Below are positions 1-8,849 of a stretch of 64,000 bases of DNA, piece by piece. The translations under genes were made by a program, and so were the position numbers. The DNA lies in the NCBI GenBank assembly GCA_965237525.1, contig CBDEFO010000007.1:160001-224000 (forward strand). The letters are read 5' to 3'. The first letter of the stretch is position 1. Every line of letters starts with the position of its first letter. This stretch comes from Candidatus Latescibacterota bacterium (GTDB lineage Bacteria > Latescibacterota > CBDEFO01). The notes beneath the pieces were generated by a model. That model was not told the origin of the DNA. It saw only the letters and a list, made by a program, of their open reading frames with translations, and did no database searches.

Positions 1-1110
1 CTCACCTCCGGAAAGGATGGTGCCATCCGCAAGGTCTTTCTTGGGGAATCTTAGGAGCTTGGAATTCTTGCCCCCAAGTTTGTTGCAGAGCAGATCGGAG
101 ATATGCTTGGTATTCCTGGCTTGAAGGTAATAGTTGCGCATAAAATCTTCTACAGCTAGCCCTTCAGGACTGTCGCAATATCCCAGGGCTTTAGCTATCT
201 GAGGTTGAAGTTCGTATCTGAGGACATCGGACTTGGCTCCTTCCAGAAAGTGGAGTTCATTGCGGACTTCAAGTAGAAAGTCCAGAGCCCCTACATAAAG
301 GTGATAGTCTCTTTTAGGGAGGAGTTTCGATGAAAGCAGACTTTCAAGGAAGAAAGAGCCTTTCCGGGCTTTCAGGAGCCACTGGACAGTATGTATATCT
401 CTAAGGCCGCCGGGACTCTCTTTGACGTTGGGTTCTAAGAGTTGGACTGAAAGACCCGTCCTTGCGTGGCGCTGGTTTTTCTCTGCTAACTTGGCTTTGA
501 TAAAGGCTCTGTCATTTAACTGCCCAACTATTGCGTCCTGAAATTCTCTGTAAAGGCTCGTATTGCCCGCAAGGTATCTGGATTCGAGCATTGCGGTCTT
601 GGAGGTGATATCCCTTTTAGCCTGATGGACACATTCTTTTGGGGTCCTTACACTGTGTCCGATATCAAAACGGAGATCCCATAGGAGATAGAGGATACCT
701 TTTACTATTTTCTCCGTCTTCTGGTCGTGGGACCTGATAATGAAGAGGATATCCACATCTGATTGAGGATTAAGAAGACCCCTTCCGTACCCGCCGAGAG
801 CCGCAACGGCACAGGGTGCTAAGTGCACTCCGTGCGAACCGTCTCTATGGCGATATCCCAGTATATCCTGAGTCATCTTTTCATAGGCCCTTTTGATCAC
901 GTTGTCCACCATCTGGCAGAGGGCGGAGGAGACGGATATCCCATGAGCGCCCGATCTGTGGAGATTGAGTATCCCCTGTCTTTGGGACTCAAGGAAGCTC
1001 TTGAAGACCTGGACTGCCTCTCTTTCGGAGGGTGTCTCTGATGCGGAACTCCCACTGCGGGTGGAGTTCCTGCTGCCAGAGGCCAAAGATGTCCCTCTAT
1101 TGTTGGTCAT
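1..1110 (-). CDS. glnD: [protein-PII] uridylyltransferase, N-terminal part (runs off the window)
   Basis: Manual translation from ATG at 1110 gives ALGGYGRGLLNPQSDVDILF, LWDLRFDIGHSVR and LLEPNVKESPGGLRD, which are GlnD nucleotidyltransferase motifs. Absent from the ORF track because it has no stop inside the window. Confidence 0.92.
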   Translation of the reverse strand, partial: MTNNRGTSLASGSRNSTRSGSSASETPSEREAVQVFKSFLESQRQGILNLHRSGAHGISVSSALCQMVDNVIKRAYEKMTQDILGYRHRDGSHGVHLAPCAVAALGGYGRGLLNPQSDVDILFIIRSHDQKTEKIVKGILYLLWDLRFDIGHSVRTPKECVHQAKRDITSKTAMLESRYLAGNTSLYREFQDAIVGQLNDRAFIKAKLAEKNQRHARTGLSVQLLEPNVKESPGGLRDIHTVQWLLKARKGSFFLESLLSSKLLPKRDYHLYVGALDFLLEVRNELHFLEGAKSDVLRYELQPQIAKALGYCDSPEGLAVEDFMRNYYLQARNTKHISDLLCNKLGGKNSKLLRFPKKDLADGTILSGGE

Positions 1111-1149
1111 TTGGTCCTACTCTCGGTAATTTCCACAAAAGCCTTATGG

Positions 1150-2418
1150 CTACTCTATCGGAATGCCTTTGGGCACTACTGTTATACCTTCCTCCGTTAC
1201 AGTGAATCTCTTCCTATCTTCTTCGAGGCAATATCCGATCTCGCATCCTTGGGGTATTCTTACATCTTTGTCTATTATGGCTCTTTTTATCCTGGCGCCC
1301 CTTCCGATGTCCACTCCTTCCAAAAGTATAGATTCAAAAACATGCGAGTAACTGTGTACTTTGACGCCGTGTGAAAGGACAGATCTTTCAACTGTTCCTC
1401 CTGAGATTATGCAACCTCCTGAGATTATGGAATCAAGAGCAAGTCCCACTCGATTCTCGCCGTAGCTGGAGAAGACTGTCTTGGCGGGCGGATATTGCTC
1501 CTGGTAGGTCCTTATGGGCCAATCCTCATCGTAGAGATTAAAGAGCGGAGTAACCTCGACAAGGTCCATGTTAGCCTCCCAGTAGGCATCTATCTTCCCT
1601 ATGTCCCTCCAGTATTTAGTCTCCTTTTTGTTCTCGTCTATGAAGTTGTAGGCAAAGACGGTGGAAGTATCTATCATTGTGGGGAGTATGTCTCTGCCGA
1701 AGTCGTGCGTGGAATCAACTTTGGCATCCTCAATAACCGCTCTGGCAAGGACAGGAGTCTCGAAGACATAGATCCCCATAGAGACGAGGGCATGTGTGGG
1801 TTTGCCCGGGATAGTTTTAGGATCTTCAGGTTTTTCCTGGAAACCTATTATTCTGGAGTCTTGATCTATCTGGATTACGCCGAAATCTTTAGTCTTAGTG
1901 GCCTCAAACTCCACTGCACCGACCGTAAGATCCGCACCCTTTTCCTCGTGAAATTCGAGCATGTGGCTGTAGTCCATCTTGTAGATGTGGTCTCCTGCAA
2001 GGATGAGGACCCTTTCGGGACGTTCCTGTTCGAGCGTGTAAATATTTTGATAAATGGCGTCGGCGGTTCCTCTGTACCAGCTTTGGGTAGTTCTCTGCTG
2101 GGGTGGAATAGTGTAGATAAATTCCCCGAGTTCGTCGTTGAAGATGTTCCATCCGAGTCTCAAATGCTTTTGAAGCGAGATAGATTTGTACTGAGTGAGG
2201 ACATAGATTCTTCTCATATTGGAGTTGACACAGTTCGAGAGCGTAAAATCGATGATTCTGTAGATTCCGCCAAAGGGCACGGCTGGCTTTGCCCTATCTC
2301 TTGTCAAAGGGTGGAGTCTTTCGCCCTGTCCTCCGGACAGCACTATAGCCAGCGTGTTTCTCAGAAGGGCGCGCAGATCTTTTCCGGGCATTATAGGTAA
2401 TTCCTTATTTTGAAACAT
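1150..2418 (-). CDS. glgC: Glucose-1-phosphate adenylyltransferase
   Basis: GGQGERLHPLTRDRAKPAVPFGG, WYRGTADAIYQN, GDHIYKMDY, DFGRDI and a C-terminal left-handed beta-helix. Confidence 0.97.
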   Translation of the reverse strand: MFQNKELPIMPGKDLRALLRNTLAIVLSGGQGERLHPLTRDRAKPAVPFGGIYRIIDFTLSNCVNSNMRRIYVLTQYKSISLQKHLRLGWNIFNDELGEFIYTIPPQQRTTQSWYRGTADAIYQNIYTLEQERPERVLILAGDHIYKMDYSHMLEFHEEKGADLTVGAVEFEATKTKDFGVIQIDQDSRIIGFQEKPEDPKTIPGKPTHALVSMGIYVFETPVLARAVIEDAKVDSTHDFGRDILPTMIDTSTVFAYNFIDENKKETKYWRDIGKIDAYWEANMDLVEVTPLFNLYDEDWPIRTYQEQYPPAKTVFSSYGENRVGLALDSIISGGCIISGGTVERSVLSHGVKVHSYSHVFESILLEGVDIGRGARIKRAIIDKDVRIPQGCEIGYCLEEDRKRFTVTEEGITVVPKGIPIE

Positions 2419-2423
2419 AGAGG

Positions 2424-3154
2424 CTATCTTAGACGGGTCACCTCATCGACCTAATGGATCAAGACGTCCTTGAACTTATATTTCCGGGACCTTATATTTC
2501 CGGCCGGATTTGGCGTTATAGAAGTCCAGATCGTACTTTATGGCCTTTTTTCCCGACCATATCAGCAGAGGCAAGATATGAACCCTCCTGAAGTTTATAC
2601 ACGCCTTCGTGGACATATTCTGTTGCCAAGTTCCAAGGGCGGTTCTCCCGAGAATCATATACGAGGAATTTGCCGCCCTTCATGGCAGTTTCCTGCGTTA
2701 CAGAGTTTTGGATAGCAGTCTTGACATCTGAGACTGAGTCGCCGGGATCGTCCGCTTCTTCTTCGCCTCGTATCCGAACTTTGGCTTTGACCTAGCGCAG
2801 AACGACCTCATCAACCTCCAAGATATCTTCTCCTTTACGGACGAAGAAGTCGAGGTCGAAGGTGTTATTCTGTGAGTCGGAAAAGTCAGCGCAGGCAAAG
2901 TACGATCTGTCCTTGACTCGGTGCACGCCTTTGTGGATTTCCAGGAACTCCAACTTGCGGACCAGCTCAGAGCGCAAGTCCCGTATGGCGTAGTGCTCTT
3001 TGTCTTTGATCTTACTCCACATATAGTCCTGAATAGATCGGCGTAAGTCTGATGGGGTATTTTCAACCTCAGCAGGTGCAGGGGAGGAGACAAAGCTCCA
3101 CACGAGGGCCGTTGTAACCAGAAAGACAAAGACACGAGACGAGCTATTTTTCAT
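2424..3154 (-). pseudogene. Secreted protein with two tandem copies of an uncharacterised ~100-aa domain; interrupted
   Basis: Signal peptide. Repeat 1 is IHKGVHRVKDRSYFACADF...FDLDFF...VVLR*V and repeat 2 is VHEGVYKLQEGSYLASADM...YDLDFY...VLIH*V. In-frame TAGs at 2792 and 2451, a +1 frameshift near 2537, and a duplicated 13-mer (16-bp period) at ~2475-2503. Confidence 0.7.
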
Positions 3155-3525
3155 CTACTCCCCCTCTTCTCGGCTTTTGCAAGCGATTTCTTGATCTCTT
3201 CCTTAAGTTCGGTGAGGTCTGAGGATTTGACGGCGTAGGCGTCGGCCGACCAGCTCATAAAATTGTCTTTGTGGCTGGCATAGGCCGTATTCAGTATGAC
3301 CGGCATTTTGCTATCCCTCCTGAGTATCCTCTCCAGCACCTCGAGCCCGTCCATTCCGGGCATCGCTATGTCCAGGACAACAAGATCGGGCCGGATTTGC
3401 TGAACTTTATCGAGGGCTTCCTGTCCGTCTGATGCCAGAATCACGTTGTAGCCGTCATCAGTGAGCTCCTGCTCGTAGAGGAGTCTCTGGTTCAAGTCGT
3501 CATCCACCAGTAATATAGTCTTCAC
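3151..3525 (-). CDS. Single-domain response regulator
   Basis: ILLVDDD, PDLVVLDIAMPGMDG, TAY and K conserved receiver residues. Confidence 0.95.
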   Translation of the reverse strand: MKTILLVDDDLNQRLLYEQELTDDGYNVILASDGQEALDKVQQIRPDLVVLDIAMPGMDGLEVLERILRRDSKMPVILNTAYASHKDNFMSWSADAYAVKSSDLTELKEEIKKSLAKAEKRGSR

Positions 3526-3527
3526 CC

Positions 3528-6382
3528 TTAATCACTCCCTTCGAGTTGATCCCCGAAAGAATCAATCGGGGACTGATCCTGTGATTCGGGGTTGACCGCG
3601 GGGAGACGGATAGTCAGGGTCATCCCGCTTCCCTCCGTGCTGTGAATGTCTATCTTTCCCCCCTGATCATCTATTATCTTCTGGCAGACAGCAAGACCGA
3701 GTCCAGTTCCGTAGGTCTTGGTAGTAAAAAAGGGACTGAAGATGTCTCCTATATCACCATCAGGTATTCCAGGACCGCTATCTGTTATCTCGATCTTCAC
3801 GTATGGGTTATCCTGGCTAGCTTTTATTTCTATCCTTCCCCCTTGGGGCATGGCTTCCAAGGAGTTCTGCACAGCGTTTAAAATCACCTGTTTGATCTGT
3901 CCGGCGTCAGCTAAAATCCGGGGTACATCGGGTTGGTATTGAACGGAAAAGTCTATAGAATTATCTTTAAGTCGGTGTTCAAGAATAGGATACAGTTCTT
4001 CTATTATCGAGTTTATATCTTCTGCCTCCTTTTTCAGGCTCTGTGGGTCTTACAAAGTCAAGGGTCTCTGAGATTACCCTTTCGAGCCTTTTCACTTCGT
4101 CCGCGATGATCGCGGCGTTTCTTTCTGTGCGTTCTGATGTAGGGTCCTTGACAATGGACCGGGCGAATCCGCCGATAGTGGAAAGAGGGTTTCTGATCTC
4201 GTGGGCGATTCGGGCGGAGATCTCCCCGATCTCTGCGAGCCTCTCGGAGCGAAGGAGCCGATCGTGAGCCTCTTCAAGCTTTTCATGGGCCCCTTCAAGT
4301 TCTTCGATCTTCTCCTCAATCTCCCTGTAAATTTCGGCATTTTCTATAGCGAGGCACGCCTGGTTTGCAAAGATAGTTAGAAGCTCCACGCTAAGATCGT
4401 CTATGGGTCGTCCGCTGTAGAGGTTGTCGGCGATTATAGCTCCTATGGCTCTATCCTTGAAGATCAAAGGAACACATATGAACTCAGGGGTGTTGAGAGC
4501 GTTTAAAAGTTGAGGATCTACTAAAGGGTTATCAAACGCATCAGTGATTTTGAAGGGAACCTTTTCGAATATAGAAAGGGCAGGGACAGTTCGGGCATTT
4601 GAAAGGGGAAACCTCAGCCCTTGGGAGACCCTATAAAGGGGAATTTCTTCTTTTTTGTCTTTTATGCGGTCATATTCGGAAAGGTGATCCTCGAGCTTTA
4701 GGTTCTGGTGCGCCATTTCATGCCATATTCTGTATGCATCTTCGCGGCTTGAAGGACCCACTCCCATTTTGCCTTCGAGCATATCTTTTTCCTCGTTTAC
4801 AAGGAAGAGAAAAGCCCGGTTGAATCCGAGGGCGTGTCCGGCTGTGACGTAGGTGAGTATAGCATAGAGGAGGCGATCCAAGTCGAAGATCGTCTGCATC
4901 ATTTCACCTGTCTGACGAAGCATAGAAAATTCATAAGCTTTTTCTACTGTATCAGTTACGTCCTCAATCACCACCAAAGCTCTCCCCATTCCTCCGTCTT
5001 TTGCGCTGGTTATCGAGACATTGAAGAATCCTACTGGAGGTGTGGGGCGTACGACCCTGAAGTTGGTGAGGTTGAAAGGTCCTTCTCCTGCTGTCGCCCG
5101 CTCTATAAGACTCTCGATGTCGGGTCGCAGGAGGAGCGATTCGGGGACAGTCTCGCGCAGGTTCTTACCCTCTATGTCTTCTCTTCGGAGACCTCTCCTC
5201 TGGCAGTAGGCATTGTTGGCAAGTATTATGTTGAGATCTTTGTCAAGAAGGAGGATAGCAGACGGCATCGTGGCTATCAGGCTTTCATTGAACTGATTGA
5301 GACGGACGCTCTCTTCGTAAAGACGGCTGTTTTCTGCAGCTCTTGCTATCTGGTTGGAGATGGTATGGAGGGAGGCCACGTCTATCCCGTCAAAGGAATT
5401 AAGGACAGCACTTTGCACGTCTATTACTCCTACTACGTTTCCAGATATTTTTATAGGGACACAAAGTTCGGACTTTGTCTTCGCCTCTTCAGGAAAGACA
5501 AATATATGTCTGGGCTCTGTTATCACATCGTTAGCCAAAAGGTGTTCCCCTGTTCGGGTGACGTAGCCTATTATGCCCTCATCGATACTCTGATGGTATC
5601 TCTCTGGGATTTTGAGTCCATCAGCGCTGGCGTGGGCTTTAAGGACGAGTTCTTCGGAAGGAGGACTATCCAGGAAGAATAGAAAGACTGCGTAGTATGC
5701 AAAGCTCTTTTGTATGGCTTCGGCGACCTCGCGGAGCATCCTGTCCTGATCGAGAGTGGACATCGCTATTTTGCCGACCTCGTTGACCATAGAAAGCTGA
5801 GTCGATCTCTTCTCAGTAGACTCGATCAGAGAACGTTGCTTCTCTTCTGATTCTCTCAGTTCCTCCTCCTGCCTGCGCTTTATAATTTTGGACGATCGCT
5901 CGGCAAGAGCGCTGATCAAATTTCTCTCTTCCTTGAGGAAAGGTCCCTCATCGCTTTCCGGTCTTTCTTCCAGGAGACAGACCTCCATTGTGCCGATTCG
6001 ATCGTCCTTCACAATCATGTCACAGGACTGCTTCCACATAGTTTCCTTAAAGTTGCTCGTTCTATACGTTTGATCGTCCAGAATGATTCGCGCGCACGTA
6101 ATCTGCCGGATACTGGCAGGCCGGCGGAATAAGGTCTACTATCCCCTGAAGTATCTCCCCCAGTGAAATATCTGGCTTTTCAACAAGGTTAGAAATGGCG
6201 TAGAGGCAATTTAGCTCCTTGTCGCGCTCGGCAAGATCGTATGTCCGCTTCTGTAATGCCTCCTCCGTCCGCTTGCATTCGGCTTTAGATGCTTCTATTT
6301 CACCAACCAATCGGCGCATTTCTGCCAATTCATCTATGAGTTGCTCTTTTGTCTTAGCTTCATCTTTCATAACGATATCCAT
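3528..6382 (-). CDS. GAF-PAS-GAF sensor histidine kinase, split by two frameshifts (~6100 and ~4030)
   Basis: ORFs 6062-6382, 3979-6039 and 3528-3887 join after single-base shifts. H-box AHEIRNPL, HATPase NAVQNS/DSGPG/FFTTK/GTGLGL and two GAF segments are present. Confidence 0.85.
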
Positions 6383-6585
6383 ATAGATAGGCAGCTTTTG
6401 GTATCGTTCACAATCGGAAAGCGACAGATGGCAGGTTTCATGTCTGTTTAGTGATAATACTTTTACATCACACTATGCCCTAACGGCTTAATTTACATAT
6501 AATATAAAAAATACTTCAACTATATGCAAGAGTGTTTTTGCCTCTTTGGGAAGGACAAAAACACTGGGGGTGAAGAATTGGATAG

Positions 6586-6625
6586 AGAAAATAAGAGGCG
6601 TCGACCGCCGGGAGGTCGACGCCTC
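6586..6625 (-). terminator. Rho-independent terminator
   Basis: Perfect 12-bp stem GAGGCGTCGACC/GGTCGACGCCTC followed by TTATTTTC on the minus strand. Confidence 0.8.
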
Positions 6626-6767
6626 AGCCCTGAATGAAGAGCGTCAACGCTCTCTCTTCGGGAATAGGTCTGAAACTCAATACTAGCCCGAATAATTCAC
6701 AGAAAAAGGCCGTGTATTAATTAAGGGATTGTATTATATTATAGTTATGCCTTTTACCACCTTCGGT

Positions 6768-6908
6768 GTCCTTGCGAGCCGAAGGCGAAGCAATCTCGAT
6801 TCTGTGGTAGATGTAACACTCTCCGGCTCTCATAGGAGACCACTATAAAACCTTGAGATTGCTTCCCCGATAGACTCAATCGGGGACCGCTTTGCTCCTC
6901 GCAATGAC
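6768..6908. repeat. REP/RPE-like palindromic element
   Basis: Arms GTCCTTGCGAG..GAAGCAATCTC and GAGATTGCTTC..CTCGCAATGAC, with an embedded CCCCGATAGACTCAATCGGGG hairpin. Related pieces at 23706-23789, 32735-32825 and 39188-39285. Confidence 0.7.
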
Positions 6909-6934
6909 TCCACCAGGTTTATGAATTAAACGGG

Positions 6935-7564
6935 CTAGTTAGTCGAGTATATAACAATTCTGGGCTCGTTCAGGATACATGGAATTTCATCACCTAACTG
7001 TTCTAATTCCTGCTGAATTTTGAGGCGGCTCCTGTTGACGCGCGATTTGATTGTTCCGACAGGAGAGTCTGTGATTCTGGCTATTTCGTCGTAGGACCGT
7101 CCCTCTATATCGCGCATTATGATAGCCTCGCGATATCTGGGAGGTAGAGAATCTATGGCCGTGCGGATCATCGAGTGCATGATTTTGGATTCTGTTGTGT
7201 GATCTGGCCGATGCGATTCGTCTATCGCTTCGACTATGACATCAGTATCTTCATGTGTGGAACTGTCTATAGATATAAACCTCCACCTCTTTCTGTATCT
7301 TAACTGGCTTTTTGCAAGGTTAGCGGCTATAGTAAATATCCACGTTGAGAAATTATTTAGAGTCCGCGCCCGATCGCTGTTGGTAAAGACTCTAAGAAAG
7401 GTCTCCTGGACTATATCTTCGGCCGTCTGTTGATCGCCCACAAACCTGAGCACGAAATTGAAGAGCTTATCGCTGTATCTCTCTACGATAACACTGAACG
7501 AATCTTCATCTCCGTTGGATGCTTGGATCAAAAGGTCTGTATCCTTGATAAGAGGAGTTACCAT
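6935..7564 (-). CDS. ECF sigma-70 factor (RpoE/SigW-like)
   Basis: AEDIVQETFLRVF, FSTWIFTIAAN (region 2) and SYDEIA...GTIKSRVNR (region 4). Confidence 0.95.
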   Translation of the reverse strand: MVTPLIKDTDLLIQASNGDEDSFSVIVERYSDKLFNFVLRFVGDQQTAEDIVQETFLRVFTNSDRARTLNNFSTWIFTIAANLAKSQLRYRKRWRFISIDSSTHEDTDVIVEAIDESHRPDHTTESKIMHSMIRTAIDSLPPRYREAIIMRDIEGRSYDEIARITDSPVGTIKSRVNRSRLKIQQELEQLGDEIPCILNEPRIVIYSTN

Positions 7565-7784
7565 AGCGTGTATTCTCTTTGCGATTTATGCATGTTTGCA
7601 GGATGTCTTAGAAGTTATCAACTACCCCTTGTTCTCTTATATGAGGAATATCAGGGGTAGCGTGACCAGATAAAGCCTTCAGTTTGGACCAGGCCAGGGG
7701 GGAGATAGCAGCGGTCCTACTTATGGGCTATGAATTCTACACGTCATCGCTATTCCCTGATATATCCTCACTCTGTCAGGATGC

Positions 7785-7799
7785 GCAAGTTATGTGCCA
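7785..7799 (-). promoter_or_regulatory. Sigma-54 promoter (-24/-12) upstream of the ECF sigma gene
   Basis: Minus strand reads TGGCACATAACTTGC, a full match to TGGCAC-N5-TTGC. Confidence 0.75.
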
Positions 7800-8223
7800 A
7801 GAAACAGAAAGCTTTTTCAGCTCCCTTGTGAAGCGGTAAAGAACGAGACTACTTTTTGAGTAAAGTGTTGAGATTTGTGTAATCGCCATTCTGGTATAGG
7901 TAAACGATACTATCATTGCCATTGTAAAATGCAATCGAGGCGACATCTCAATCTGAAATAGACTATAAGAGTATTGTTCAATTGTGTAATTAGTGAAGTA
8001 CAGAGATCATACCTGTGGACATAGGGAGACGGATTTTGCACCTTTTCTGTTTATCTCCTAAAAGATGCAAAGAGTCACATCCTTAAACTCATATTGTCAT
8101 AGAATTATGATATGCAATTGATTTTAATCTACTTAATTGACATAATCTGTAGGGAATCGCGAGTGCGAACAGAACATAAGGTATCGCTAAGAGCTTAAAA
8201 GGTATTGCAAATTATCAAAAAAG

Positions 8224-8254
8224 TGTTGACAAAGGGTCAACATTGTCATATATT
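8224..8254 (+). promoter_or_regulatory. Sigma-70 promoter with a palindromic operator over the -35
   Basis: TTGACA-17-TATATT, with TGTTGAC-N5-GTCAACA overlapping the -35 hexamer. Confidence 0.65.
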
Positions 8255-8423
8255 GTATCACTGCGATCTTGTGTGTACGATGTAGAAAGCACATATTAAG
8301 CACAGTAGGGCGTATGCTCTTTGGTGTGGATTTGTACAATCTATGTTCCTGCTTGGTCAGGAACCTAAAGTGAACATTAGAGCATAGCTGCCTTGAAATT
8401 ATTGCAGAAAACTAAAAAAAAGC

Positions 8424-8452
8424 TTGACAGTTTACAAATATTTTTATATACT
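8424..8452 (+). promoter_or_regulatory. Sigma-70 promoter
   Basis: TTGACA-17-TATACT with an A-tract upstream. Confidence 0.7.
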
Positions 8453-8849
8453 TATGCTTGACACTGTCAGGCTATATTAAAATCATCGGAGGAATTACAG
8501 AAAGTGACGGAGTGATTCAAGCAAACTAAGTATTTACTTACAATCGTTTAGCAGGTTAGGAACGCGTCGCATTTTTTTAAAATAGGCGCGCAAATGCTCA
8601 ATTTTTCGAGTGATCTTAAATTCAAGGGGGGTGCCATTCGAGATCTTTACGGTTTAAATTGTCCTGCTGTTCTGGAAATCTCTAGTTGCTAAAGCTCTTA
8701 AGGATTTTCAAGTCAGCTTTCAACAACCAGTAATACACGTGAGGGAGGATAAGTCAACTATGCCAGGTTCATTAGCAGAAGACACAGACGGTGCGTTTGA
8801 GAAATCGAGTCGTTTTACTTTTCAACCTTACGGTTCAAGGAGGGATGAC

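Noticed and set aside
1495..2400. 301-aa plus-strand ORF, and similar long shadow ORFs (4834-5682, 12018-12743, 53715-54905)
   Set aside because: They are antisense to well-supported genes and have no recognisable motifs.
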